Position numbers and translations under genes: made by a program
Notes under the pieces: model-generated
Seen by the model: the letters and a program-made list of their open reading frames with translations, nothing else
What the model was told of the DNA's origin: nothing
Database searches by the model: none
Source of the DNA: Nitrospirota bacterium
GTDB lineage: Bacteria > Nitrospirota > Thermodesulfovibrionia > Thermodesulfovibrionales > UBA9159
Length of the DNA stretch: 64,000 nt
NCBI GenBank assembly: GCA_963699545.1
Contig: CAVOUE010000003.1
Coordinates: 128,001-192,000, forward strand
Direction of reading: 5' to 3'
Part shown: positions 41,224 to 52,379 of the stretch, in pieces
Layout of the letters: each line of letters opens with the position of its first letter
Numbering within the stretch: position 1 is the first letter of the stretch

Positions 41224-41987
41224 GCCTTCCGCTTCGCCTTCAGCGTCTCTTCCATCATCAGAATATATTTCACGAACTTGAAGCCGAAGAGCATGAGTTC
41301 GACATCATCGGTACGCATCTTCTCCCGTGACGCTTCATCCACCTCAAAGTTATCAAGGAACTTGCTATTGAATACGAACCTGCGGAACCGGTCCACATCA
41401 TAGTTTGCCATATAGAACATCGCCAGTTTCTTCCCCTCCAGCGCCATTTCCGGCATGTTCCTCATCAGGAGAATGCTCTTCCAGTCCCTGTTCAGCACAT
41501 CATACCGGTCGACGCCCTGGTCTTCCCTCCAGCCCGCCACCGTCCACTCCTGAGACTCTTCAAACCCCTTGCAGTGGTCTTCCCTGACAAAGAAGAAGAA
41601 TTCCTCATCCACCACTTTGTCATCCACCGCCTTTTTCAGCGTGCCCTGGCCGATGGGATAGTATCTGCAGTTGGCGGGCCTGTCCTCGTACACCGTGCAT
41701 CCCTCGGCGCTCACGAAGGGGCAGGTCCTTGTCTCATCAGCATTCATACGGAGATAGATCAGGGGAAAGGACGCCTTCCCATCGGTCTGTGTGTAGGTAT
41801 ATTTTTCGAGAAATTCCTCGGAGGGAATACCGAGCTTCTTCTTAAGGGCGACCACGTCATAGGGGGTGAGCATGATATCGATATTGCTGCAGCACTTCGT
41901 AAAACAGGAAATCCCCTTATGACATTTGAACCTGAACCTGCTCTTCAGGGTGAGCTGGACTTTGTCAACCGCCGCCATGTTCGCCAT
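41220..41987 (-). CDS. YkgJ-family cysteine-cluster protein
   Basis: CHKGISCFTKCC, CPF, CTVYEDRPANCRYYP. Confidence 0.88.
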   Translation of the reverse strand: MANMAAVDKVQLTLKSRFRFKCHKGISCFTKCCSNIDIMLTPYDVVALKKKLGIPSEEFLEKYTYTQTDGKASFPLIYLRMNADETRTCPFVSAEGCTVYEDRPANCRYYPIGQGTLKKAVDDKVVDEEFFFFVREDHCKGFEESQEWTVAGWREDQGVDRYDVLNRDWKSILLMRNMPEMALEGKKLAMFYMANYDVDRFRRFVFNSKFLDNFEVDEASREKMRTDDVELMLFGFKFVKYILMMEETLKAKRKA

Positions 41988-42154
41988 ACAAACCTCCACA
42001 TTCTTGCTTATCTATTATAATCACCGCTTCGGAGAAAATGCTATTCATGAGGGCAAGGGGCCACCGGTAATGGGCGATACGGAAACATCCGGGCGGTATT
42101 TGTAGTCCCATTGCCTCTTGCCAATAGCTATTGCCGGATTTGAATCTGAAAAAC

Positions 42155-42187
42155 AAAAAAGGGGCTGGCCGGTAAGGCCAGCCCCTT
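42155..42187 (-). terminator. Terminator of hppA
   Basis: GGGGCTGGCC/GGCCAGCCCC stem followed by T-run on minus strand. Confidence 0.85.
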
Positions 42188-42201
42188 GCATCTCAAAACC
42201 A

Positions 42202-44278
42202 CTATATTAACGGCACGATAAGAAGCGCTACGATGTTGATGACCTTGATCATAGGGTTGATCGCCGGGCCCGCTGTGTCTTTGTAAGGGTCTCCGACGGT
42301 ATCGCCTGTTACAGAGGCCTTATGCCCATCGCTCCCCTTCTTATGAACTTTCCCTTTGTCGTCGGTAACGCCCTCTTCAAAGGATTTCTTGGCGTTGTCC
42401 CATGCTCCGCCGCCGCTTGTCATGGCGATAGCCTGGAAGAGTCCGGTCAGGATACTACCGATAAGGACTCCACCGAGGGCTTCCCTGCCGAGGAGAAGAC
42501 CTACTGCGATAGGAACTACCACCGGGATAAGGGCAGGGACCATCATCTGCTTGATAGCGCCTTTTGTGACGATGTCAACGCACTTGCCGTATTCCGGCTT
42601 TGCCTTATATTCCATAATTCCGGGGATCTCCCTGAACTGTCTTCTGACCTCCTCAACAATACTGCCGGCTGCCTTTCCAACCGCCTCCATAAGGAGTGAG
42701 CCGTAATAATAAGGGAGAAGACCGCCGATGAAAAGACCTGCCAGGACCATCGGGTTTGAAAGGTCAAATTTCAGCGCGGTCGGGAAAGACCTTGAATACT
42801 CGGCAAAAAGGACCAGCGCTGCAAGACCTGCTGAGCCGATCGCATAACCCTTTGTAACAGCCTTTGTCGTATTTCCGACTGCATCCAATGGGTCTGTGAT
42901 GTTACGGATCTCTGCAGGCAGTCCCGACATTTCCGCTATACCGCCTGCGTTGTCAGTAATCGGACCGTATGAGTCGATCGCAACAACGATGCCTGTCATT
43001 GAAAGCATGGAAACCGCTGACAGGGCGATAGCAAAAAGACCGCCTGCTGCATCACCGGCGAATCCGCCGCCCAAAGCATATGCGCCGAGGATTGAGGCAA
43101 CAATAACTATAACAGGCGCGGCGGTTGACTTCATGCTGACCGCGAGACCGGCGATCACGTTTGTTCCGTGACCGGTCAGACTGGCCTTTGCAATGTGTTT
43201 CACCGGGGGATACTGCGAAGCAGTGAAGTACTCAGTTATAACCACGATCAGTCCGGTCAATGCAAGGCCGATAACCGCCATAAGGAAAACGTTCATTTGA
43301 GTAAATGACGCATGAGCAACCAATGAAGCCTGCGCTGAAGCGCCCTTCAGGAACTCGCCTGTCACAAAATAAAATACTATTGCCGCAAGCACGCCTGCAA
43401 CGGCAAGCCCCTTATAGAGGGCCCCCATGATGTACTGGCTTTTACCGAGCCTTACTGCAAAGGTTCCGATAATGGATGCGATGATCGATATTCCGCCGAG
43501 GAGCATCGGAAACTCAATCCAGTCGCTACCTACGCCAAAAACCGTCTTTGCCAAGAGCATTGCTGCAACAAGTGTAACCGTGTATGTTTCATAAAGGTCA
43601 GCTGCCATACCTGCGCAGTCCCCTACATTGTCTCCTACGTTATCTGCGATAACAGCAGGGTTTCTGGGATCGTCCTCGGGGATTCCCGCTTCAACTTTTC
43701 CAACGAGGTCAGCGCCTACGTCAGCAGCCTTTGTGTAGATACCGCCTGCGATACGGGCAAACACGCTCATAAGTGAGCATCCGAAGCCGAGGCCTACCAA
43801 GGCATGGAATACCATCTCAGGATTTGCTGCCTTTGCAATCGTATAAAAGCCTGCAAGGCCTATAATTCCAAGACCAACAACCATAACGCCGGTAACCGAG
43901 CCGCCCTTGAACGCAAGACTGAGCGCAGCCTGGAGAACCTCTGTGCGCGGCCTGTGTAGTGCGGACGTTAGCGCGGACAGTAACCCACATACCCACAAAG
44001 CCGGCAAGCGCAGAACCGAACGTGCCGACAATAAAGCCAATAGCGGTCCAAATGCCGAGATTCATCGCCGCGATAAGAACGACAAGGACCACTGCAACCA
44101 TCGCAACTGTCTTATATTCGCGTGCCAGGAACGCATATGCGCCCTCTTTGACCGCATTCGAGATCTCCTGCATCTTTGCACTGCCGGCGTCCTGCTTCGA
44201 TACCCACATTGCGGTCATAATTGCGTATATGACACCTAGTACACCGCAACCTAAGGCAAACAATATCGTTAGACTCAT
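42202..44278 (-). CDS. hppA: Membrane-bound ion-pumping pyrophosphatase, K+-independent signature (frameshift ~43945)
   Basis: [36 protein letters not shown]. Confidence 0.95.
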
Positions 44279-44436
44279 TTATCTTCCTCCTTTGCTGAGA
44301 TTTGATAGCACCGAGATTATCATAAGAATATTTTATAAATCAATAAGCAGCTCTCATGACCTAAAAAGAACGGCCCCCCTCCATCCATAGGGTAACTCCT
44401 CCTCACCTCCTTTTGGTTTTTGCTCAGGGAACAGCT

Positions 44437-44868
44437 TCAGGAACCGAGGATATAGTCTTTCAGATAGTGGACCTCCGCCTCCAGGTTCCCTGTGTGATAC
44501 TTCACCACGTCACGCATGGACACCACACCCACAAGCCTTCCCCTGTCGATCACCGGAAGATGGCGTATCTGCTTATTGGTCATAATGGTCATGGCATAAT
44601 CGAGGTCATCTTCAGGCTCTATCACCAGAAGGTCTCTGCTCATCACATCCTTTATCGCGACCTTGTCAAAGGAACTGTGGCGCGTCCAGCACTTCAGGAC
44701 GTCCCGCTCGGTGAACAGCCCGACGCATGTATTATCTTCCATCACGAGGATCGCCCCGATGTTCCTTTCGACCATTTTCTTCACTGCGGAATCCACCGTG
44801 ACATCGCTGTGTATCGCGATGACCTCGAGTCCCTTATCCTTCAGGATATCCTTCACCTTCATGGCCAT
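44437..44868 (-). CDS. Stand-alone CBS-pair protein
   Basis: GLFTERD, IRHLPV, GVVSMRD. Confidence 0.9.
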   Translation of the reverse strand: MAMKVKDILKDKGLEVIAIHSDVTVDSAVKKMVERNIGAILVMEDNTCVGLFTERDVLKCWTRHSSFDKVAIKDVMSRDLLVIEPEDDLDYAMTIMTNKQIRHLPVIDRGRLVGVVSMRDVVKYHTGNLEAEVHYLKDYILGS

Positions 44869-44874
44869 AGGTCT

Positions 44875-46014
44875 CTACTCTCTTCCCGCCTGCTTCGCAA
44901 ACACCATGGCGGTAGCACGGTATACCATATGGGCCATCTTCGAAAAGGGCGCATATGCAAAGAGGAAGAAAACGAACACGAGGTGGATGAAATACGTAGG
45001 ATACGCCAGAGCAGCGATGTCCGCAAGCCTGAAGAGCTCCGAGAGTATGCCTGTGGCCATGATGGCGAAGACCACCAGGATGAAGAGCCAGTCATAATAA
45101 CTCCCGGCACCCGCTTTTTCCTTGTTCTTGAGCCGGTTGGTGATCACCAGCATAGTGCCGGCCAGGAGCGCAAGTGCGCTCACATTTCCGACAATCTTGA
45201 GCGGATCGTAGAGCGGAAAGGGCGAGTCCCCGAAGTGAAAAATGGAGAACGCCTCGATACCGAAGATCTTGTGCCCGTAGAGGTAAACAACCGCCCAGCT
45301 TGTTGTTATGGCAAGGCCGATGAAGGCATAGAAAACCAGGAGATGGGAGGTTGATCGGGCCATGGTCACATTGCACTTCTTGAACCTGCTGTGGGAGAGG
45401 ATATCTGCAATGACCCCCTTGAAACTCCCCATGATATCTCCCCTGACCTTCGCCCCTTCGCTCATGGCTGCCCAGTATTTCTTCACGCCGAGGACGAAGG
45501 AAACGACCGCAAAGATCGCCGCGGCAGTAAAGATCGGATCGACAAAATGGATGGGGATGAACTTTGAGTACACGATCTTCCCCTCGGGGAACGACGAAAG
45601 CTGGCCCTCATAGCCGGCAACACCGAGGAAAATGAGCACCGGCAGCGCAAAGAGGAGGATCAGGTACTTCGAGTCGCTCACCATATTGGCAAGGAACGAA
45701 GGCGCGGAAAATTCCCTTATGGTCATCTTTCGTATCGCACCGAGGACCTCACCCGGCTTGGCACCCCGGGGACAGTATGCGGTACAGTCACTGCACTGAT
45801 GACAGAGCCAGATGTCCGGGTTGCTGATGAGCCTGTCCTTCAGACCCCATTGCGCATACATCATCTCTTTCCGGGGAAAAGGTTTGCTGTCCGGGGTGAC
45901 ATTGCAGACCACCGAACAGGTGGCACACTGGAAACACTTTTTCAGCGATTCTCCCCCGCTGTTCATAACCTCTTTTACAAAATTCAAATCCGGGCTTATT
46001 GCCTGTTCTGCCAT
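44875..46014 (-). CDS. qmoC: Quinone-interacting membrane oxidoreductase subunit C
   Basis: CFQCATCSVVC, CHQCSDCTAYCP, TM region, SKMAHM. Confidence 0.93.
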   Translation of the reverse strand: MAEQAISPDLNFVKEVMNSGGESLKKCFQCATCSVVCNVTPDSKPFPRKEMMYAQWGLKDRLISNPDIWLCHQCSDCTAYCPRGAKPGEVLGAIRKMTIREFSAPSFLANMVSDSKYLILLFALPVLIFLGVAGYEGQLSSFPEGKIVYSKFIPIHFVDPIFTAAAIFAVVSFVLGVKKYWAAMSEGAKVRGDIMGSFKGVIADILSHSRFKKCNVTMARSTSHLLVFYAFIGLAITTSWAVVYLYGHKIFGIEAFSIFHFGDSPFPLYDPLKIVGNVSALALLAGTMLVITNRLKNKEKAGAGSYYDWLFILVVFAIMATGILSELFRLADIAALAYPTYFIHLVFVFFLFAYAPFSKMAHMVYRATAMVFAKQAGRE

Positions 46015-46142
46015 CTATACTTACCTCCTCTTAAAACAAAGGTTGCGGTTAAGGTTCAGGGTAAGACAGGAGGTTTTCGCAGCATTGTCCATCATCTCCC
46101 GTTTTCTTCTCAACCTTAAACCTCTGCCCTGACCTGTTGTAT

Positions 46143-48374
46143 TTAAAATTCCTTAAACGGATTAGGCCCTATTTCTTTGACCTTTGCGACAAACTCGTTG
46201 ATCATGTCGGGGAGTTTGTCATACTCATTGATCGCGACCTGCATCATCTGGACCCTTTCGGACTCAAGTTGGAGCCTGTTCAGTGTCTCTCCGATCTTGC
46301 TGAACCGGTAGTTTGCAAGCTCACTGCCCTTCACAAAGTGACACTGATAGTTTTCTCCGTATTTACAGCCGAGGAGCAGCACCCCGTCAACGCCTTTGGA
46401 GAGGGCGTCTGCAACCCACACGAGGTTCATGCCCCCGAGGCATCTCAGCGAAATAAACCTGACACTCGCATCGATCTCTTTACGGTTAATACCTGCGGTA
46501 TCAAGCGCCGGATATGCGTCGTTTTCGCAGGCAAGGCAGATGATCCTGAACTCCTCCTCGGGACAATCAAGCGACTTAATCATGGAGCCGATGATGTCAA
46601 CGCTGTAATCTTTAAATTGCACAATTCTTTCCGGACATGCGCCCATACAGGTCCCGCACCGTCTGCACCGGTTCAACTTATAAAAGGGTATACCCTTCTC
46701 GTCTTCTTCAATGGCCCCAAAGGGACATTCTTCCGTACACCTTTTGCACGCGGTACACCTGATGAGCATCGGGTCGGGGAACGTGATGTCCCAGGCCCTC
46801 GGATGGACGGCCATTCCTCTTGAGGCGTGATCGACGCATTGTATCGCCTTAAAGGCCGCGCCCGCCGCATCTTCCTGCGCTTCGGACATATTCATGGGCT
46901 GCCTCACACAGCCCGCAGCGTAGACACCGGTCCTCCTCGTTTCATACTGAAAGCAGATGAAGTTCGAATCCGCAAACCCGCACGCACCTTCAAGTGAAGG
47001 GAGCTCCGGGCCCTGCCTGTAAGCGAGGTTCAGGATATATTCCGGCTTCGGTGTTGTCTCAAGATATGCCTTCTTGGCGTCATCACCCTTTGCAGCTTCC
47101 AGGGCGAGATTATCGAGATATTCCTGTGGCGCCCTCGTCGTCGGGACCATGCCCGTTGCAAGAACGACCAGATCGGCCTCAACCGTCACCTTTTCGCCAA
47201 GAAGCGAATTCTCCATCTCGACAAGGAGGTTGCCGTTTCCGACCTCGGTAACGCCGGTAACATCGGCTTTCGTGAGCATGACGCCCGGATCGTTCTGGGC
47301 CTCCATGTAATATGATTCGAGCCTCCCCGGTGTTCTTATATCAATATAGAAGATCATTGCAAGCGCATCGGGGTTCTGCCTCACATACTTTGCCTGTTTC
47401 AGCGATGTCGCGCAGCACATGGACGAGCAATAGGGAAGATGATTCGGGTTCCTCTGCCCTGCACATTGAATAAAGGCCACCTTCCTCGCCTCTTTACCGT
47501 TGGAGGGCTTTATGATCTTTCCGTTGTTCTTCTTTGCGATTTCCTCGAATTCTATGTTTGTCACCACGTCTTTGGATTTCCCGTATCCGAGGTAATCAAG
47601 CTTTGTGGCGTCATAGGGCTTCCAGCCTGTGGCCATGACAATTGCGCCGATCTTTACGGTCTCGGAGTTGCCGTTTGACGCTATCGTCACGTCATACAGA
47701 CCCGGCTGACCTTCTGTCTTCTCAACCTTTGCGGACTTATAGACCTTAATATCCGGATTGCTTTCCACTTCTTTGATAAGCGCATCTGCGTCGGTATCCA
47801 CTATGAGGGGCTCTCTGAAAAACACCCCCATCGGAATTTTCTTGTAGAGTTTATTCATAAAGCCGCCGAGCTGGGGCTCCTTTTCCACAAGGACGACCTT
47901 CTGCCCCGCCTTTGCCGCCTCAATAGCTGCTGTCATGCCGCTTATGCCGCCGCCGATGACCAGGATTGTACTGCTCAGGTTCTCAAGGATGTTCGGCTCC
48001 GGCAGATCCCCTTTCTGCGTCTTGACGATACCCATGATAAGATAGTCCGCCGCAATGGTCTGGGTCTCATCGGTCTTCGGAGGCTTGCTCCAGGCGACGA
48101 ATTCCCTCATATTCACTCTCTCGGTAATAGTTCCGGAAAAGGAAAACTCATCATACTTCACACGCGGAGAGCAGGCCGCTATGATGATCGTGTTCACTCC
48201 GTCCTTGATATCGTCCTTGATCAACTGGACTCCGGCGGGACCGCATAAGATATCGTGGGTCTTGCAGTTAGCGATCTTCATGTCCTTTGTGGCCACATTC
48301 GAGAGCTTCTCTATGTCAATGGCATCGCCAATGCCGCAGCCTTTGCAGATATATACGCCGAATTTCTTCTCCAT
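46143..48374 (-). CDS. qmoB: QmoB (HdrA-like with MvhD-like domain)
   Basis: GGGISG, YCSSMCC, two ferredoxin motifs, CENDAYPA. Confidence 0.93.
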   Translation of the reverse strand: MEKKFGVYICKGCGIGDAIDIEKLSNVATKDMKIANCKTHDILCGPAGVQLIKDDIKDGVNTIIIAACSPRVKYDEFSFSGTITERVNMREFVAWSKPPKTDETQTIAADYLIMGIVKTQKGDLPEPNILENLSSTILVIGGGISGMTAAIEAAKAGQKVVLVEKEPQLGGFMNKLYKKIPMGVFFREPLIVDTDADALIKEVESNPDIKVYKSAKVEKTEGQPGLYDVTIASNGNSETVKIGAIVMATGWKPYDATKLDYLGYGKSKDVVTNIEFEEIAKKNNGKIIKPSNGKEARKVAFIQCAGQRNPNHLPYCSSMCCATSLKQAKYVRQNPDALAMIFYIDIRTPGRLESYYMEAQNDPGVMLTKADVTGVTEVGNGNLLVEMENSLLGEKVTVEADLVVLATGMVPTTRAPQEYLDNLALEAAKGDDAKKAYLETTPKPEYILNLAYRQGPELPSLEGACGFADSNFICFQYETRRTGVYAAGCVRQPMNMSEAQEDAAGAAFKAIQCVDHASRGMAVHPRAWDITFPDPMLIRCTACKRCTEECPFGAIEEDEKGIPFYKLNRCRRCGTCMGACPERIVQFKDYSVDIIGSMIKSLDCPEEEFRIICLACENDAYPALDTAGINRKEIDASVRFISLRCLGGMNLVWVADALSKGVDGVLLLGCKYGENYQCHFVKGSELANYRFSKIGETLNRLQLESERVQMMQVAINEYDKLPDMINEFVAKVKEIGPNPFKEF

Positions 48375-48376
48375 CG

Positions 48377-49639
48377 CTATTTCCTCCTCAAACTCTGCAT
48401 GCTCTTGATCGCAACACCCGTGGCGTCCTGAACAGACCGAACAACATCAGCAGGACTCTTCAGTGTCCCCACGGCATATATGCCTTTTTTCGCGCTGCCA
48501 GCGTCCACAAACCCATCAGGCGTATAAGAGATATCCTTGACGATTTTCGAGTCCTTTGTGCCGGGGACCATACCTGCGGCAAGGACCACCATATCAAAGG
48601 TCGCCTTGATCTTCTTGCCGCCCAGAATATCTTCTACCTCAACGATGACATCCTTCGTAGCAGGGTCTTCGGTAATCCCCGCAACCTTGCCCTTTGTTAG
48701 GGTGACATTGGGATCGTCCTTCACCTTCCACAGGAATCTGTTCTCATAAAGCCCGGGAGTCCTAAGGTCGATGTAAAATATCTGCGCCTTTGAATCCGGG
48801 TATTGTTCCCTGATATACATGGTCTGCTTCAGTGAAGCAAGGCAGCATATATACGAACAGTAGGGAAGATGGTTCTCGTCCCTCGATCCCGCGCACTGGA
48901 CAAAGGCGATGTTCTTCACCTCTTTGCCGTCAGACGGACGGACGATTTTGCCGCCCGTAGGCCCGTTCGCCGCAGCCAGCCTCTCCATCATCATGTTCGT
49001 GATCACATTCTGGACTTTTCCAAAGCCCGAGGTTGTCCATTCTGGTGGCATCGTACAGGTTCCATCCTGTAGCCATAACAATGGCGCCGACCTTGAGGCT
49101 TACTGTTTCCGTCTTCATATTCAGGTCAATGGCGTCGTATTTGCAGGCGTCAAAACACGCCTTCATGCAGTCTTTTGCGCAGGCTGAATCGTCGATCACA
49201 TATGTGAAGGGAAATGCCTGATTAAAAGGGAAGATACGCTGCCTTCGTCTTGTCCATTCCGAAATTAAAATCATTACTGCGATATGACGGACATGCTTGC
49301 GCACAGGCATCGCAGCCCACGCACTTGTCATTTACGTACCTCGGATTGACCTTCACGGTCACATCGAAAGTTGCCCTCTTCTCCCTTGATTTCCTGCACC
49401 TCGGCCAGCGTATAGAATTTAATCTGTCCGCTGTTCTTTATCCTCTTGAACTGTATCTCAAGGCCACACACTGGCGGGCATAGTTTCCAGAAGTACTTAT
49501 TCAACTGCGCCACCTTGCCGCCAAGATAGGGGTTCTTCTCGACGATAACAACGTCGTTACCGGCCTCAGCGATTTCCACTGCTGCAGTGAGACCGCTGAA
49601 ACCTCCTCCGATTATTAAAGCTGTTTTATTCTCTGCCAT
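48377..49639 (-). CDS. qmoA: QmoA (HdrA-like; frameshifted)
   Basis: [30 protein letters not shown] across three ORFs. Confidence 0.9.
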
Positions 49640-49763
49640 TTCTTTCCTCCTCTTTCTGCTTGGCGAATCCGCCCGTGGCGGAAAGGCAGCCAGTCACAAA
49701 GAGATTCTTATATCTCAGTCGTTGAGTAATATAAACGCCTCTTTTTGACCTGCTGAAGGATCA

Positions 49764-49785
49764 GGGGAGGGCAGTCGCCCTCCCC
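49764..49785 (-). terminator. Stem-loop 3' of aprA (terminator or mRNA stabiliser)
   Basis: GGGGAGGGC-agtc-GCCCTCCCC; no clear U-tract. Confidence 0.55.
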
Positions 49786-49797
49786 CATCCCGATCAG

Positions 49798-51801
49798 TTA
49801 CTTATACATCTCGACATAGGGAACCTTCTTGAATTCCCATTTGTTGGTCGCGCTGTCGTACTTCGAATTGGTGAAGCACTTCCAGTTTGTGTCATCGATC
49901 TTGTTAAAGTCGCCCCTGTAGTAGTACCCGGGGTACCTGGACTCCTCCCTGAAGAGGATATGCCTTGCATGCGCCTCGACCGACAGAATTCTGTGGTAGT
50001 TCTCGAAGCACCTTAAGAGCTCGTGGAGGTCTTTTGCCGCCATCTTTGCGGCATCCTCTTTGAGCATCTCAAGCTTCTTGAGGCCTTCTTCAAGCATCGT
50101 CTTTGAGGTCATGTACCAGGTGGCAACCCCACCGAAGTACTCGTCGGAAATCTTCTGGAGTCTCAGCTGAAGCGATTTCGGACCGATGTAATTGGGGTTG
50201 ATCGTGGGATCCGTCGAATAGGTCTTGTATTTCTCATACATCTCGAACGGCAGATAGAGCTCGGCCGCAATCTCATCAAGGGACAATTTCGGTGACGGCT
50301 TGTAGTCTGCGTGGTCGAGGATGAATGCCAACGCGCCCTTTGCTGCGATCCTGCCCTCTGCATGGGAACCGGATGAGAATTTGTGGCCTGAGGCGCCGAC
50401 AACGTCACCAGCCATGAAGAGACCGGGTACGGTAGACATCCTGTTGTATCCCCAACTGTAATGTGCGGGTGTGCCGGCAATATCGCCGGGGCCGCTCACC
50501 CAGAATCCTGCGCAGCCTGCGTGTGAACCCAAGAGATAGGGCTCTGTCGGCATAATTTCGGATGTACTCTTATCCGGCTCAATATTACTTGCCGCCCACA
50601 GGGACGCCTGTCCGATAGCCATGTCAAGGAAGTCTTCCCATGCCTCTGCCTCGAGGTGTTTCATCTTCTTGGCGCCTTCTTTATCGCCAAGTTTCTCTTT
50701 GAAGCCTTTCCCCAGGGCCTCCATAGCCGCAGGGGTCTGCATGAGGATCGGGCCCCTGCCGTCCCTCATGGCCCTCATCATAAGATGGTTCCTGATCGCC
50801 GTACCGAGACCTTTTGCATAGTCTCCGTATCTGGCAACCGCATCATCAAAATATTCCTTGTCCGCGCAGTAGTCGTTCCCGAAGCTGTCTGTTGCCTTTG
50901 CCTTAAAGAACAGGAACCATGCGCCGACAGGACCATATCCGTCCTTAAATCTTGCGGGCACGAACCTGTTCTCCATCAGGGTCAGCTCGGCGCCGGCCTG
51001 CATGCCGAACGCATACCCCGAACCGCAGCTGAATACCGGGTACCAGGTCCTTCCCATACCTTCACCAACCGACCTCGGTCTGAAGCAGTTAACTGCTCCC
51101 GCAGTCGCACAGATCATCGCCTTTGCTTTAAAGGAGTAAATCTTGTTTTCCCTCACGCTGAACCCGATGGCCGCTGCCACGTTTTTCCCATTGGTATCCA
51201 TTACCGCCTTCACAATGAATACCCTTTCAAAATGGTTCTGCGCCATACCGGTTTTTTCCCTGTTGACCTGAAGGGCCTTCTTCGCAGCCTCTGCAACGAC
51301 AACCTTATAGGACTCGCCATTGATCATGATCTGCCATTTGCCGGACCTTACCGGTGTTCCGCCGTCCTTCAGGCTCGCCTTACCGGCATCTTTTGCCTGG
51401 AAGCCATCGAGTGAGAACCCGTCATCGCCCTTCTTCCAGATGGGGAGACCCCATTCTTCAAAGAGCTGGACCGAATCGTCAACGTGCCTGCCGAGGTCAA
51501 ACACAAGGTCTTCCCTGATGATACCCATCAGGTCGTTTCTCACGTATTTAACATAATCAGCAACCTTGTTCTCACCAACATAGGTGTTAATGGCGGACAG
51601 GCCCATTGCGACTGCGCCGCTTCTGTCTGTTGCAGCCTTGTCAACCAGGACAACCTTAAGTCCCTTTTCATTTGCCCAGCGGCATGCTTCGAACGCAGCG
51701 CCGCACCCTGCCATACCGCCGCCCATGATCAGGAGATCGGTTTCAACTTCAGTTACTTCAGGCTTCGCACAAAATGAAAATGTACAAGTTTCTTTTTCCA
51801 T
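49798..51801 (-). CDS. aprA: Adenylylsulfate reductase alpha subunit
   Basis: RSGAVAMGLSAINTY, WQIMINGESY, HKFSSGSH. Confidence 0.97.
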   Translation of the reverse strand: MEKETCTFSFCAKPEVTEVETDLLIMGGGMAGCGAAFEACRWANEKGLKVVLVDKAATDRSGAVAMGLSAINTYVGENKVADYVKYVRNDLMGIIREDLVFDLGRHVDDSVQLFEEWGLPIWKKGDDGFSLDGFQAKDAGKASLKDGGTPVRSGKWQIMINGESYKVVVAEAAKKALQVNREKTGMAQNHFERVFIVKAVMDTNGKNVAAAIGFSVRENKIYSFKAKAMICATAGAVNCFRPRSVGEGMGRTWYPVFSCGSGYAFGMQAGAELTLMENRFVPARFKDGYGPVGAWFLFFKAKATDSFGNDYCADKEYFDDAVARYGDYAKGLGTAIRNHLMMRAMRDGRGPILMQTPAAMEALGKGFKEKLGDKEGAKKMKHLEAEAWEDFLDMAIGQASLWAASNIEPDKSTSEIMPTEPYLLGSHAGCAGFWVSGPGDIAGTPAHYSWGYNRMSTVPGLFMAGDVVGASGHKFSSGSHAEGRIAAKGALAFILDHADYKPSPKLSLDEIAAELYLPFEMYEKYKTYSTDPTINPNYIGPKSLQLRLQKISDEYFGGVATWYMTSKTMLEEGLKKLEMLKEDAAKMAAKDLHELLRCFENYHRILSVEAHARHILFREESRYPGYYYRGDFNKIDDTNWKCFTNSKYDSATNKWEFKKVPYVEMYK

Positions 51802-51814
51802 GTATATTCACCTC

Positions 51815-52234
51815 CTATTCATTTCTTGCCGGGCCGGTAAAGAAACCAGGCTTCTTAAGTGTCGCAAAATCAGGCGCCGGTTTCCCTGCATACGGATCAA
51901 CCGAACCCTCTGCTGTTGTCCTGATGGGGAACTTGAACCTCTTGAGGACCCCGTTCCTGAACTTGATCGTCCACATAATGGAGTCGGTGCCTCTCAAGGG
52001 GATAGTGCTGGACCCGAGGGGAACGAAGTCTGAATAACCCCTGACCTCGATCGCCTGCTGCGGGCAGATCTTGACACAGTTAAAGCACTCCCAGCACTGC
52101 TCAGGCTCCTGATTGTATGCCTTCATCTTTTCTCTGTTGAGGGCCATCAAATCATGAGGACAGATATACTGGCATGCGGTCTTATCCTGGGCCTTACATC
52201 CATCACATTTCTCGGTAATCACAAAACTTGGCAT
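51815..52234 (-). CDS. aprB: Adenylylsulfate reductase beta subunit
   Basis: CDGC, CWECFNCVKICP, KRFKFPIRTT. Confidence 0.97.
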   Translation of the reverse strand: MPSFVITEKCDGCKAQDKTACQYICPHDLMALNREKMKAYNQEPEQCWECFNCVKICPQQAIEVRGYSDFVPLGSSTIPLRGTDSIMWTIKFRNGVLKRFKFPIRTTAEGSVDPYAGKPAPDFATLKKPGFFTGPARNE

Positions 52235-52379
52235 GTTCCTTAACCTCCTTTACGGTTTCTCAATATCAGCCTTAGCACCTAAGGCAGTAATCCAAAACTT
52301 TCCGATGAGCTAAATCTCCACCTCCTCTCACTTCTGAATATTTGTGTACCTTTATCTCGGCCTTTAATACGACATGAAT

